Assembly: GCA_023205875.1 (NCBI GenBank)
Contig: CP060756.1
Span: 124,001 to 188,000 of the forward strand
Origin: Chloropicon primus
Taxonomy: Eukaryota
Length of the DNA: 64,000 bases
Direction of reading: 5' to 3'
Both the position numbers and the translations under genes were made by a program. The notes below the pieces were generated by a model. That model worked only from the letters and a program-made list of their open reading frames with translations. It made no database searches and was not told the DNA's origin. Shown piece after piece: positions 30,047-43,238 of this stretch; within the stretch, counting starts at the first letter, position 1; each line of letters opens with the position of its first letter.

Positions 30047-31045
30047 TTACGCGAGAGCCTTGAGCGTCCACTGCTCCACCACGCGATCGTCGGGATACTC
30101 CCTCGGGTCGAAGTCGTCGTCCTCCCTGGCTTCCACCATGTAGCCCGCGAACAAGCTCTCGATCGTCCTGGACGAGAAGTGCTGGGCGAAGCCCTGTTCC
30201 GTGAAGAGCTTCCTCGCGGAGGGCAGGATCACTGGGTCCTTCATCCAGTACTGGAAGGTCAGCTCGCCGGTCCGCTCGTAGATCTCCTCGGCGTTCTGGG
30301 GCCAGATCAGGCCGGAGTCCAGGACGTACCCCACTCTCACAAAGGCGTCCAAGACCTTGTCCAGGCTCTGTTGCATCTCGCGGAGGTCGCTCGGGTCCCC
30401 GCTCGGGTCCACCCCCGCCAGCTCTCTCATCATCGACAGGATCCTCTGGCCGGCCCTCTCCGTCAGGCCCCTCCTCTCCCTCCTTCCCTCGAGGATCTCG
30501 GCCGCCGCGGCGAACTGCGCGTACGAGTACGCGTCGAAGACCTCCGGCTGGCGCAAGTCCTCGTTCGACGGGAACAACGACCCGCCGTCCTCCTCCTCGT
30601 CGCCGTCGTCGTCATCAACGCGAGGTGGTGGTGGCGGTTCGAGGCCCAGGTCATGCGCCGCGAGGGAGTACAACTCGTTCACCCTTCCCAGCAATTCTCG
30701 CGCCACGGCCTTGTCCGTCTCCCCGGACTTGACGCCGCCCACGCTCGAGTCCTCGACGATCGCAGCAAAGCTTGCGCGGGCCACGAAGCCCGCGAACGTC
30801 GGGTCGAGGAGCCTCTCCCTCCTCGGTCCGGAGAAGCACTGCCAATCCCTCGGCGACCTGCACTCATCCGGAACGACTTTGGAACCGAGGTGGGTCGCCA
30901 GTCCCAGGAACACGGCGCCGAGGACCGCCACCAGGAGGGGCACGGGCGAGCGGCTCCGGTTCCCTCCCCTCCGACGAGGGCGCTCGGACGGCGGCCGCTT
31001 GGACGACGCCATGATCGATCGCAGAGAAGGATGAAGGGTGTCCAC
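30047..31045 (-). CDS. Hypothetical protein with N-terminal membrane anchor
   Basis: 332-aa ORF with GC3-rich host codon use; hydrophobic VPLLVAVLGAVFLGL; start uncertain. Confidence 0.6.
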   Translation of the reverse strand: MDTLHPSLRSIMASSKRPPSERPRRRGGNRSRSPVPLLVAVLGAVFLGLATHLGSKVVPDECRSPRDWQCFSGPRRERLLDPTFAGFVARASFAAIVEDSSVGGVKSGETDKAVARELLGRVNELYSLAAHDLGLEPPPPPRVDDDDGDEEEDGGSLFPSNEDLRQPEVFDAYSYAQFAAAAEILEGRRERRGLTERAGQRILSMMRELAGVDPSGDPSDLREMQQSLDKVLDAFVRVGYVLDSGLIWPQNAEEIYERTGELTFQYWMKDPVILPSARKLFTEQGFAQHFSSRTIESLFAGYMVEAREDDDFDPREYPDDRVVEQWTLKALA

Positions 31046-31238
31046 CCGACGAGGAGGGCGCAGATGATGAGCGTGAGGAGGGGAAGGGAGGAGGAACGTG
31101 GGCAGAGGGGTGAGTGACAGAAAACCGACGTCCTGATTAAGTTGGTTTGTGGATTCGTGCGAGCGCCCTCCTCACACTCAAAGAGGGAGCGAGAGAGACC
31201 GAGGGGTGACGGTTGGTGAGTAACTTCTAGTGCGTTGG

Positions 31239-31255
31239 TGGTGTTTAAAACACCA
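31239..31255 (-). terminator. Histone 3' stem-loop (H2B)
   Basis: TGGTGT-TTTAA-ACACCA followed by CCAACGCACTAG. Confidence 0.8.
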
Positions 31256-31321
31256 ATTTGGTTTTGAGAATATTCTTTTCTTTGTTTTTTTGTGGTTCAA
31301 GAAACGTTCGACACGACTGAC

Positions 31322-31681
31322 TTAGGCAGAGGTGTACTTGGTGACGGCCTTGGTTCCCTCAGAGACGGCGTGCTTGGCCAACTCTCCTGGAAGGATGAGC
31401 CTGACAGCGGTCTGGATCTCCCTGGAGGTCACGGTTGGCTTCTTGCTGTACCTGGCGAGCTTGGAGGCCTCGCCGGCGATCTTCTCGAAGATGTCGTTGA
31501 TGAAGGAGTTCATGATCGACATGGCCTTGGAGGAGATACCGGTATCAGGGTGCACCTGCTTGAGGACCTTGTAGATGTAGATCTTGTAGGTCTCGACCTT
31601 GGCCTTTCTCTTCTTGGTGCCGGAAGCTCCCTTCTTCACGGTCTTCTTGGCAGGCTTCTTGTCAGCTTTCTTTGGTGGCAT
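31322..31681 (-). CDS. H2B: Histone H2B
   Basis: [23 protein letters not shown]...[15 protein letters not shown]. Confidence 0.98.
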   Translation of the reverse strand: MPPKKADKKPAKKTVKKGASGTKKRKAKVETYKIYIYKVLKQVHPDTGISSKAMSIMNSFINDIFEKIAGEASKLARYSKKPTVTSREIQTAVRLILPGELAKHAVSEGTKAVTKYTSA

Positions 31682-31710
31682 CTTGAATGAGGTTACTGTC
31701 GTTACGGTGT

Positions 31711-31739
31711 TGTGCGACGAGTGGTTCGTTTTTCTGACC
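31711..31739 (-). promoter_or_regulatory. Shared histone 5' motif (H2B copy)
   Basis: GGTCAGAAAAACGAACCACTCGTCGCACA about 30 nt before the ATG; similar copies precede H2A and H4. Confidence 0.65.
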
Positions 31740-32063
31740 GCCCACTCCTCGACGCCGCGCACCTAACCCCTCTTCCCTTGGCGATTCTCCCTCCTCGCGA
31801 AACCGAATTCCTCTTTTTCAAAAAATTCCGCAAAAAAAGAAAAGGAAAACATCCGGAATTCGGGGCGCCCTCATGTAGAAATTCCGTCTTGGGCGGAAGG
31901 AAACCGTCGTCGCTGGAATTTTGAACGAGGCGCGCGACAGCTGAGAGGAGAGGCTTTTGTTTTTTTCTTCCCCACTTCGGTTCGGTCTCACGGTGGGGAA
32001 GGGCGACGACGGCGAGGGTTTGGGGCGGGGTGTGTGTGGGCGTCCCGACCTCTTCCGAGGTCC

Positions 32064-32092
32064 GTCAGAAACACGAAACACTCGTCGCACAC
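32064..32092 (+). promoter_or_regulatory. Shared histone 5' motif (H2A copy)
   Basis: GTCAGAAACACGAAACACTCGTCGCACAC. Confidence 0.65.
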
Positions 32093-32126
32093 CACCGAGT
32101 CAAGTCAGTCACTACTACATTCAACC

Positions 32127-32498
32127 ATGTCCGGAAGAGGAAAGGGAAAGAGCGGCAAGAAGTCCGTGACCAAGTCCGCCAAGGCTGGACTCCAGTTCCC
32201 AGTGGGAAGGGTCAGAAGGTATCTGAAGAGCGGAAAGTACGCCACCAGGATCGGATCCGGTGCCCCTGTGTACTTGGCCGCCGTCCTCGAGTACCTCGCC
32301 GCTGAGGTTCTCGAGTTGGCCGGAAACGCCTCCAGGGACAACAAGAAGTCCAGGATCATCCCAAGGCACATCCAGCTCGCCATCAGGAACGATGAGGAGT
32401 TGAGCAAGTTGCTCTCCACCGTCACCATCGCCGCTGGTGGTGTCTTGCCAAACATCCACTCCGTCCTTCTCCCAAAGAAGTCCGGAAAGAAGGACTAA
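32127..32498 (+). CDS. H2A: Histone H2A
   Basis: [10 protein letters not shown]...[16 protein letters not shown]...GGVLPNIH. Confidence 0.98.
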   Translation: MSGRGKGKSGKKSVTKSAKAGLQFPVGRVRRYLKSGKYATRIGSGAPVYLAAVLEYLAAEVLELAGNASRDNKKSRIIPRHIQLAIRNDEELSKLLSTVTIAAGGVLPNIHSVLLPKKSGKKD

Positions 32499-32574
32499 GT
32501 TCGAAGACGAACCACGAGTTCACGAACGAAGACCAACAAGAAAAAAAAGAAAAGATATATTCTCAAAACCAAAT

Positions 32575-32591
32575 TGGTGTTTTTAACACCA
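32575..32591 (+). terminator. Histone 3' stem-loop (H2A)
   Basis: TGGTGT-TTTTA-ACACCA followed by CCAACGCACTAG. Confidence 0.8.
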
Positions 32592-32970
32592 CCAACGCAC
32601 TAGAAATGGTTTTCGCTTTCAGTCGCCGCTAAACAGTCACGCCTCTCCCTCTTCCAGTGATGATCTTGTTCGGCCTCCTTGTCCCTCAGAGAAAACACAC
32701 GCACACAAAAAGTCGTCGTTCTCGTCGAGAGCAGCGGCAGGGGTGCTCGCGTAGTAGTAGTAGTGTTCCAAATCTCTCTTCGTCTTCTTCTCGTGCGTCT
32801 CTCACTCTCGTCGTCGTTCGTTTCTCTCTCACGAGTCACGCTGACGATCGCGAAAAGAGAGAGAGACCGAAGCACTCAAACACGCTCTCTGGTTTTCTGG
32901 GGAGTCTGGAGATGAACAGAAGCCTCGGAGTCTTCTCGTAGTCGTTGTTCTTTGATTTCTAGTGGATGGG

Positions 32971-32990
32971 TGGTGTTAAAAAGAACACCA
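32971..32990 (-). terminator. Histone 3' stem-loop (H3)
   Basis: TGGTGTT-CTTTTT-AACACCA followed by CCCATCCACTAG. Confidence 0.8.
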
Positions 32991-33073
32991 TTTTTTTGTG
33001 GTTGCGAGAGGGAACCAAGCCCTCAGCCCATAGGCTTCATCATCTCGAAGTGTGTGCGTCGAGCTTAAAGTGC

Positions 33074-33535
<462 letters not shown>

Positions 33536-33724
33536 TTATGAACCCCGTCCCTCATCTCGCCGCTTCTCCCTGCGTCTTTCGGGTTCGAGTTCAATTCAAA
33601 TTTCCTTTCAGCTGTCGCACGCGGGAACGACGCGCAAGATGGGATTTCTACACGAGGCCACGCGAATTCGGGCGCCAGATTCAAAATTCAAATTCGAAAA
33701 CCGCGAGAGACGCGCGAGGCGTGA

Positions 33725-34195
<471 letters not shown>

Positions 34196-34300
34196 GGTGC
34201 CCCCTGAGAGAGGCAGCTTTTCCTTTGCCGTGCTCTGGATCCAGCAGAGCACGGACGAGAAGAGACAAGACAAAAAAAAACAAAAACATTTTTACCCAAC

Positions 34301-34318
34301 TGGTGTTCTATTACACCA
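34301..34318 (+). terminator. Histone 3' stem-loop (H4)
   Basis: TGGTGT-TCTATT-ACACCA followed by CCAACGCACTAG. Confidence 0.8.
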
Positions 34319-34771
34319 CCAACGCACTAGCGAAAGCTTATCAAACTGGAACCCCAACAGCATCTCCGCGGAGCGCTCCCCTCGTCCCTTTCCTTCTTGC
34401 CGCCTCGTCGTCGTTCTCCCCGCGAGCTCGTTTTCGCGCGCTCTCTCCCCGTCGACGGGTGGATTTCAAACCCGAGAGAGTGAGGGGGAGGGGCTGGATC
34501 CATCTTCGCGCAGTCGATCGATCCTTCGTCTTCGAGGCCTCGCTCGTTCGTTTAAAACAAGGAAAGGAACGCTGAATTACACAACAACACGAATAGGTGG
34601 TGGTGGTTCAGAGAGCACACAATTATACTCCTCCTCCTCCTCTTTATTCCGTCCAACGAAAAGAGGTTGGTTGGTTGTTCGTGAACCCCGTCCACTGCGC
34701 TCTCGCCGCCCCACTCGCACGTTGCGGTCCTCCCGCGTCGGCTTCGCTAAAGCCCTCCGCTCTCTCTCTCT

Positions 34772-35161
34772 CTACTTCTTCCTCTTGGTGGTCTTCTTCT
34801 TTGGCGCCTTCTTCTTGGGGGCAGCCTTCTTCTTGGGGGCGGCCTTCTTCTTGGGCTTGACTCCCTTCTTGGTCGCGGTCTTCTTGGCCACGGCCTTCTT
34901 GGCGACCTTCTTCTTCTTCTCGCCGGTCTTGAGGGAACCCAACTTGTAGGAAGCCTTGACCTTGACCAGCTTGCCGCTCTCCACGAACCTCTTGAGCAAT
35001 CGAGAGAGGGTCTTCGTGAAGTTCTCAGGCAAGTCGTAGTTCGCCTTCATGTACTTGGCGATGGCGTAGGTGCTCGAGCCGGTGCGGTCCTTGAGGTCCA
35101 CCAAGGCCGCCTTCACCATCTTCTCGTACGGTGGGTTCGCTGACTTCGCTGCCGCTGGCAT
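34772..35161 (-). CDS. H1: Linker histone H1 (short, 129 aa)
   Basis: Globular domain PPYEKMVKAAL...RTGSSTYAI...KVKASYKL plus K/A/P-rich tail. Confidence 0.92.
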   Translation of the reverse strand: MPAAAKSANPPYEKMVKAALVDLKDRTGSSTYAIAKYMKANYDLPENFTKTLSRLLKRFVESGKLVKVKASYKLGSLKTGEKKKKVAKKAVAKKTATKKGVKPKKKAAPKKKAAPKKKAPKKKTTKRKK

Positions 35162-35968
35162 TGTTTCTCTTCCTTTTGCTTGCTAGGTTTTTTTTGATTT
35201 TCTTTTTTTTTTTGGGTTCGCGTGCCGAATTCGAACCCCCAAAACAACGAACGAGAACAAAAAAAAACGTCGACGTCAGCGCCAAGCGTTCGACCAACCC
35301 TCGATCCGTCCCCCTCCCCCTCTCTCCCCCTCCCCGTCCCCTGACGCCCTTTCTCCTCCCTCCTTACCTTTGACTCGTGCGCGCGCAACGATCGCTTTGC
35401 TTTGTGAGAGCCTTCCCTCCTCCCTCGCTCGAACCCCGAGTCGTAACGCCAGGTTCTTCGCGCCCTCGGGCACAACCCGTGTACTAAACAGGTCTTGCGA
35501 ATCCCCGAGACTCGATCCTTTTTTCAAAAAAGAAATTCAAAATCTTTGTGTGGACATTCAACGCAGAGCCCGAGGAGCTTGCGTCTTACGGTGAAACTAC
35601 GTTACCACGCGGGTTCGAGTCTCGCGTCCTGCACAAAAGGACTTTGGGAGATCCTGCCTTTGGCCTCCCCTCCCTCCCTCTTCCCAACCCAAGGTCATCG
35701 CCCGTCTTCTTCTTCTTCTTCTTCTTCCTTCACCACCACCCGCTGCTGCTGCTGCTGGTGTTGCTGCTCAACAGAGGATGCAAGAGCGCTGCAAACTGCA
35801 AACTGCAACAAGAACACCTAGCAGCAGCAGCAGCAAAGTGTTGAATGGACGGGTACTTGGGAAAGGCCAGAAAAAAAGAAAGAAAGATGTAATAAACAAG
35901 AAGAAAACTTCTTCCCCCTCCTCCTCAACTCAACTCTCTCGCGATTCTCAGCTCTCCTCACGACCACC

Positions 35969-36910
35969 TCAGCCGCAGCAAGAGTAGTACCGGTTGTCCC
36001 AGATCGTCTCCCGGGCCCTGGCCTCCTCCAACTCCAAGCGCGTGGGGATGGAGCTCTCCAGGCTCTGGCAGAAGAAGCTTCGGAGGTTCTGCCACGCCCC
36101 CCGGTCGAAGGGGTTCACCCCCGGGGGGTAGGCCTCCAGGTACCAGATCTTCTCCCGCGCCAGGACCTCGTAGGTCGTCACGTTGGCCAGGACCAGGTAG
36201 GTGTGGAACGCGAAGAGGGGCGCAAGGACGAGGAGGGTGGCGGTGATCACGAGGGCCACCAGGATCGGCAGCCCGTTCGCCACGACCCAGTCGCCCTGGG
36301 CCTGCCTGCTCACGAAGCACTGGGAGTTGAGGCCCCCGGCGTACGCGCACAGAACGTTCTGCGCGAGGAGGAAGAGGTAGAACGTGCGGTGGTTGCCGAG
36401 GCCGATGCAGCCGCCCAGGAAGGGGCAGTGGTGGTCGTGCCTCAGGACGTAGGCCTCGCACCTCTTGCAGTACTTGGTCCGGAGCGGCAGCGCCAGGTCG
36501 CCGACCTCCAAGTCGGGCTGCCTCCTGGCGGAGAAGCTCGAGCTGCTGCCCCGCCCCCGGCTCGCCTGCAGCGGGTCGTCCTCACTCTCCCCGGGCAACT
36601 CCCAGCTGGGATCCCCGGGCCGCGCTTGTCCTCCCTCCTGCTGCTTGTCCTCCCCCGAGAAGCTCGACAGGGCCACGTCGTCCGGCTGCCTCCAGACTTC
36701 GGGACTGCTCTGGAGGGTCTTCAAGTACAGTGCCGTGTTCAGGGCGATCAGCGACGCCGTCAGGAACGGGCGGACGACCCCCCTCTCCTTGGAGACGTCC
36801 TGGCAAAGGGAGCAGTCTCGGTTCAGGAACAGCCAAAGCGTTATGACCAAATGCAAGGTGGACCACAAAGCGAAAGGTCCTGGATTTCTCTTGATCTCGT
36901 CCAACAGCAT
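35969..36910 (-). CDS. DHHC protein S-acyltransferase
   Basis: KYCKRCEAYVLRHDHHCPFLGGCIG, NVTTYE, NPFDRG; 5' end uncertain. Confidence 0.92.
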   Translation of the reverse strand: MLLDEIKRNPGPFALWSTLHLVITLWLFLNRDCSLCQDVSKERGVVRPFLTASLIALNTALYLKTLQSSPEVWRQPDDVALSSFSGEDKQQEGGQARPGDPSWELPGESEDDPLQASRGRGSSSSFSARRQPDLEVGDLALPLRTKYCKRCEAYVLRHDHHCPFLGGCIGLGNHRTFYLFLLAQNVLCAYAGGLNSQCFVSRQAQGDWVVANGLPILVALVITATLLVLAPLFAFHTYLVLANVTTYEVLAREKIWYLEAYPPGVNPFDRGAWQNLRSFFCQSLESSIPTRLELEEARARETIWDNRYYSCCG

Positions 36911-37446
36911 GTGTCCCTCTGGTTCAGTCTCCACCCCTCAACCCAAAGTCCTTACCCGTTCCCAACGGCGGCAGGGAACATCAAACAAAGTCCTTCCCAT
37001 CCTCCATCCTCCATCCTCCCGCCCACCTTGCTGCCCTCCGTCCACCCTTCCCCTTCCTCTCCGCTGCAGACCTTTCGTCCAGGCCAGCCAAGGTCAAGGA
37101 GGACAAGTCAGTCCCGGTCGTCACGGCAAGGAAAGTGAAGTAAGGAAGCCAGAACCCTCAAGTCACCCTCTTGCCATCGCCACCCTCGCTTGTCCTCGTC
37201 CGCGCCCTCTCCTCGAGCTCGAGCGCGCGCTCCGTCCGTCGTACAGCGGAACGGAGAAGGGGAAGCGGGAAGCGAGGAAACAGATCGATCGCGCGATCGA
37301 GGGAGCAAGAGGAGGCGGCGAGGAGGCGGCGAGGAGGCGGCGAGGGGGGAGGGAGGCGGGAGCAGACCGTGCTGCGTCCAGGCGATCGATCGATCGAAAG
37401 AGACAACGCAGGGGTGAGGGAGGGTTACCTTGATAGAGGAGGAACG

Positions 37447-37484
<38 letters not shown>

Positions 37485-37487
<3 letters not shown>

Positions 37488-37652
37488 GCGAGTAGTTGGG
37501 AAAAGTTTGGGGATAGTCCGGGAGGAGGGGGAGGAGGGTTCGAGTCAGATGCTTTTGGGAGCATGGGGACCACGTCGGAGAACCCAGGGAACACCAAGGC
37601 TGGGAAGGAAACGGACGTCATGTTTGACCTTCTCGATGGGTTTGTGAATAAC

Positions 37653-37686
<34 letters not shown>

Positions 37687-40600
37687 TGCCAGCGAAGCAG
37701 CCGGCGGGAGGGGTGGGAACGGGGTCGATGGCGCCGATGGGGGGAAACACAGCGAATCCTTTTGGGAACGACGCCGCCTTCGACTTCCTCAACCCATTTC
37801 CTGCGAACACGAACACGGGCCCTCCTGTTTTGGCTCAAGGGGCAAGCGGCACGCCACCCAAGCCACCGGTGGAGAGGGGGGCGGGGCAGTTCAACCCCAT
37901 CGAGGACGAAGCGAACCCCTTCGTGGACGACGTGCTGTTCCCCGTGACGAAAGAGGGCCTGGAACTGGAGCGCAAGATAGAAAGCGCGGAAGTCATCCCA
38001 GGCTTTGACGAGTTTGTCAGCGAGCAGCTGAAGCAGGTGAATATTGAGCCCCCGGCAGCCCCCGCTCCTGCGCCTGTCGTGGCCGACAAGAGGAAGGAGA
38101 GGAAAAGCTTGGTGACCAGCACGCCTTCCCTTGTGCCAAAGATAGCAGCGGATGTGGCCGCCAGGGCAGCTCCAACTGAGCTCCCGCCACCCCCCGCGTA
38201 CGACGACGTGGTGCAGGCAGCGCTACCCCCAGCGTACGACGACGTGGCGAAGGAGTCGAGCCCTCCAACTGCCGGGCGAGGGCGAAGCGGCAGCACGAAG
38301 GCAGACCTTCAGTACTTGTGGCCAATGCCCTTTGTGAAGGCGAGGCTCAAGCCCATGCAGAGGGACCAGGCGGCCAGCTTGCAGTTGCTCGCAGGAAGTG
38401 ATACGACGTTGGTGTCGGCACCCAACAAATATGGCAGCCTCCGTGTCTGGCAGAACGCGGACACGTCTCTGGACATGACAACGGCAGAGCTTCAGAGGTA
38501 CAACTCTTACTTGGTGAGGGAAGACGGCGACTCTTCGCCAGCTATTGACATCCCAAACAGGGTCGAAGGGAAGATCACCTGCATCACGGTGGACAACAAG
38601 TCCAACAGGATATGGGCTGGGCACGCTACCGGAGAGGTTACGTACTGGGATTCTGTCTCCCTCAAGTTCCTGCACATGTTCCAAGCGCACAGGAACGGCA
38701 GCGTGAATGCGATAATCGTCACAGCGTATGGGGATGTCTGGACTGGATCGTCGAGGGGATCCCTGAGAATATGGAAAGACGGGGGGAAGGTCCTCCCAAG
38801 GTCGGGTCAAAATTCATTTGAGTTGAGGAGATCAAATGGAGATAGGGCTCACGGCCGCATCAAGGCCTTGTTGTACGTTCCAGCTGCAAACGTGGTATGG
38901 AGCTGCGGTATCCACAGCTTGGCACTGTGGAACGCTACGACGGGAGCTTACATAAGCAGTGTTGGGGAGCTCGAGAAGCGAGTGCTGAACGATTTGGAGA
39001 ATTCCTACGACGAGATTTGGTCTGGCTCAGGTTCCGTGCGGTCCCCCTCCCTTCAAAGGAAGAGCTCCATGGCCTCCGATGCCGGCTCTGACTTCAGCTA
39101 CGGGGACGGTTGGGCATCTGGATCAGACCTTGGATCTGCGTCGTCTCGGTATGACTACAAGGGCACCAAGAAAGCGACGCAGCAGCTGGGGAGCATCACA
39201 AGCAAGGCCTCCTATCTGCTGGGAAAGGGCCTCAAGCTTGGCAAAAAAGCTGTGGCAAAGTCTGTCGACAAGGTCTACAACGCGACCAGCGGCATGGCTC
39301 CCGAAGAAGGTGCGACGCCCGGGCAAACCCTTGCAACAATTCTTGATGCAAGAAACAATGTCTGGGTGGTGTACAACAACAGGATCGTGGAATTGTACTC
39401 AAAGAACGGGAAAATCGTGAAGACGTGGGAGGAACCCCAAGCCATCACGTGTATTTGCACCGTGGGAAAGTACGTTTGGGCGGGGCTGACGAACGGTCAG
39501 ATAAAAGTGTGGGACAGCTCGTACGATGTCAGTGCCCTCTGGAAAGGGCACCATAATGCAGTGGTGAGCATCACCGCGGTGTCCTCAAGAATTTACACTC
39601 TGTCAGCTGATGGGTGTGTGAGCGGATGGCACTACAAGTGCCCCATCGAATGGAACGAGAAGTACGCCTCCTGGATTTTGAACCAGGCAAGCAAATTTGT
39701 GAACACAGTTCAGGTGACAGTATTCGCAGGAACTTGGAATGTAAACCAGATGGACTTGGCGGGCATCAGGAGCGCTCTCCCGAGGTGGGTTGAATCGGGT
39801 GCCAAGAACGCAGACATAGCAATCCTGGGGCTGCAAGAGGTTGAAATGGGGGCCAGGACTGTGGCAGAGTCCATCGTCAAGGAGACTTTTGCCAAGAGCA
39901 TGCAAGAGAAGGGAAACCTTGCGGCTCAGACTTGGTTCCAAGAAATGCTGGGGGCGCTCTGCAGAACGACGAACAACCAGTGGCATCGAGTTGGCACACG
40001 CCAGCTCTCAGGAATCCTTCTTGGGGTCTATGTTCGCGATCACCTCAAGACTGCCGTGGGGGAGGTTGACACCTGCTCAGTTGCGCGCGGTGTGATGGGG
40101 GTAGGAGGAAACAAGGGCACGGTCGCGGTGTCCTTGTCAATCTATCGGAGGAAGTTCTTATTCCTTTGTTCCCATTTTGCTGCACACCAAAATGCCGTGG
40201 CGAAGCGCAATGAAGACTATATGGCCGCCGCAAGGGAATTGAAGCTGAGCAACGGGGAGGACCAGGAGGACATCGGCGGGTCGTACCAAGAGAGCCCGCT
40301 GCTCAGGGATACGGACTTGATGATTTGGGTAGGGGATTTCAACTACAGGGTAGAAATGCCGTACGCCCAAGCTTGTGAGGCGTCTTACAATGGCGACTTC
40401 AAATCCCTGCAGTCTTGCGACCAGTGCCTCAAGGAAATGAGCAAAGGGAACACATTTGTTGGTTTCAAGGAGGGGGTTCTGAACTTCCCTCCGACTTACA
40501 AGTTCGACAAGCGCACCAGCACGTATGACACCAGCGAAAAGCAGAGGATCCCGGCATGGTGCGACAGAGTGCTGTACAGAGCAAAATCTGATCCTCGCCA

Positions 40601-41192
40601 AGTGCTTCCTGGGTATGGCAATCTCGGCCCCAAGTATGTGAAGGGCTTCCCAAGCGAGCCAGTGACCTGCTGCTTGCAGACGTACAGCTCCTGCCACAAC
40701 ATCGTGGAGTCTGACCACAAGCCTGTTTATGCGGTCATGAACCTTGGTCTGCGCAGCGTGGATGAGGGCTGCCACAGGCAGCTCTCCGTTCAGGCGATGA
40801 AGAACCTGGACAGCGAGAAGCCCGCAGCCGGGGACCTTGGCGTTGAATTTGACGAGAGCCCCCCAAAAGACTCGCAAACGGGTGGCTTCACCATTATCAA
40901 CAACGGTGACCACGACGTCGTGTACGAAATCTTGAACGAGGATGAGAGGAGCGGGGCCTTTTTGCCCAACTTGGTGCTTCTGCTACCAAACGGAGGCCTC
41001 CTGGAGCCAAAAACCTCAGGGGCGATCGCGGTCGGCGTGAACTCGGACCCATCACTGAGCGAGAACATCCACAGGCTGGAGTCGATCTGCTTGAGGGTCA
41101 ACTATTGGGTCTACGGACGGAGGAGCACCACCGCGAAATCGAAAGTAATTACGACTCAGATGAGTTACGAGAGATACTTTCATTCGATATGA
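37485..41192 (+). CDS. WD40-containing type II inositol polyphosphate 5-phosphatase
   Basis: WD-like repeats, GTWNV, GLQEV, GNKG, WVGDFNYR, PTYKFD...PAWCDRVLY, SDHKPV. Confidence 0.92.
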
Positions 41193-41314
41193 TACGACGG
41201 CAAGACTTTTTTGATGTACTTTAGGTTTGAATTACACGAATTATTTCCTCTCCTCCCCTTCTTGGCTTGCGCTCTCTCTCTCTCTCTCTTATCCTACAAT
41301 TTACGGGCCCTGCC

Positions 41315-42074
41315 TTACATGGCAGTCTCCCCGGCGGCCTCGGTCGCCATGGTCGCCGCTGGCGCTGGGACCTCCTCCTCGATGACCGGGGCGGGGGCGG
41401 GCTCGCTGACGGCCTTCACAACCGGTGGTGGTGGTGGTGGTGGGGCAAACTTAGTCTTGTAGGAAGACAAGGTGGCGCCGCTCTCGTTAAGGTAGGTCAG
41501 GTCCTCGTCCACCTGGGAGAGCTGGTTGTTGATGAGAGTGTATCCCAAGCCGAAGGCCGCGGCGAGGCCAACAGCAGTGACGCCGAAGACCAGAGCCGTG
41601 TTCTCGTCCTTTTGAAGGTAGACCTGCGGCTCGACCGCGAAGATGTTCGCCTGGCCCGCAGAGTCCTTCTCGGTGTACCCGAGGTTCCGCCTGAACTCCT
41701 TCTCGGACACAGGGACCTCTCCCTTAATCTTCGCCTGCGTCACCACGCGGCATCCCCTCGAGGCCGCCGGCGCTGCCCTCACCTTGCGCCCGAAAACTAA
41801 CACACACGCACAGAGAATCAGAAGAAGAAAAAACGACACACAAACACAGAGAGAGAGAGAATGAGGTCAGCCCAATACTCCCTCAACCACAAAAACAAAA
41901 CAGAGAAGAGAGTTCCGTCCTCAAGTCCTAATTCTATTCTTCCCCCGAGCGAGCGAGCGCGTCGAACCAGAAGTGGAATCCTTGTCCCTCGTTCCGTCTC
42001 AATCCCCATCCTTTCTCTTTCTCTTGCTTCGTCCCCTTACCTTTGTTCGCCGTGTTCCTCATCGTGGTCGCCAT
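41315..42074 (-). CDS. Small plastid single-pass membrane protein, Ssl1498/Psb34-like motif; intron 42040-41797
   Basis: Spliced transit peptide MATTMRNTANKVFGRKVRAAPAASRGCRVVTQA; YTEKDSAGQANIFAVEPQVY then one TM helix. Confidence 0.6.
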
Positions 42075-42480
42075 CGTGGTCCTCGTTCTCCCTGAGCTTT
42101 TATCGTATCGTATCGGATCTCCTCTCAGCTCCTTTCTGGTCCACACAAAAAAAACCCGCAATATGAGTGCAAAGAGAGTACACTCGCTGGAACGCAACAG
42201 ACGAGAGCGACGAGAGCGAGGCTCACCTTGTCTGTTTCGTAACGGCCGAGTGCGAGGGCCGAGCGCGAGAGGGAGAGAGGGAGGGAGAGGGTGAAGGTGG
42301 AAGCATCGTCTTCGTCTTCTTCTTCGTCTTCGTCTTCGTCTTCGTTTTCGTTTTTTCTTTCGCAAGAGCGGGAGGCCTGGCTTGGTCGGGAGAGGGTTTT
42401 AGGCTTGGACAGCGTTGCAAACGAGAGAGAGGAAGGGGCAGGCCTTGTGTTTGTTTGTTTGTTTGGAAGGGAGAGGAGAG

Positions 42481-43238
42481 ATGAAGGAGGAGTTGGATCC
42501 GAGCTTGAGGCTGACGGGGGCGAAGGCCATCAGCGAGCTGAGGAAGTTGGAGCGGAGGAATTCGCTGGACCTCGAGGTGAGTGGAGCCAAGGCCGCCGCG
42601 AGACTCGAGGGTGAAACCTGACCAGACCCACGTACGTTCTTGATTCCCTGTCGCAGGAGGAGGTGGCCCAGCAGACCGACAAGAGGAAGGCCAGGAGGAG
42701 GGCCCTGACGAAGGGGAGGGTCAAAGCGGCGACGACTCATTTTGCGCCCGTCGCGGTCCCCCTGAGCGTGAAGCTGCTGTGGGACGGGAGCAGGGGCCTT
42801 GGGCTTGCCCTGCGTGGTCGGGTCGGCGAGGGCAGCGTGGGGGCCACTGGCCTCCTCCTCCTAGCCGCCCAAGCGATACTGGGCCTGGCCATTCTCCTCG
42901 TGCTGCACGCGATCTTGCGGCCGAGGGGAGCGCACCAGAGCTACGACGGCCGGGGAAGAGAAGGCAGCGCGGCCCGGTCTTTGCTCGGGGGAAGCTTCGC
43001 CAAAGGCCGAGGGAACGACCTGGGGGTGATGACCCAGAAGCTCAAGGTGATCGTTCTGATCTTGTTCGGGGAGGAAAACATGAGGAGGGCGTATAGAAGG
43101 CTGAACAGCCACAAAGAGGTGCACGAGATGCTCTCCTGGATCTGCAAAGTTGTTGGTTTGTCGGAGACAGACACCATGCAGAAGAACGAAATGCTCGAGA
43201 AGATCGAGGAAGTCGAACGAGTCGTTGGCATTCAATGA
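42481..43238 (+). CDS. Hypothetical membrane protein; intron 42577-42656
   Basis: GT-AG intron joins exon 1 (MKEELDP...) in frame to the 42663 ORF; one hydrophobic segment. Confidence 0.55.

Noticed and set aside
37453..37685. GA and ACG microsatellites (similar CT/GA tracts at ~1010, ~12860, ~46110)
   Set aside because: Ordinary simple repeats in UTRs, introns or low-complexity coding sequence
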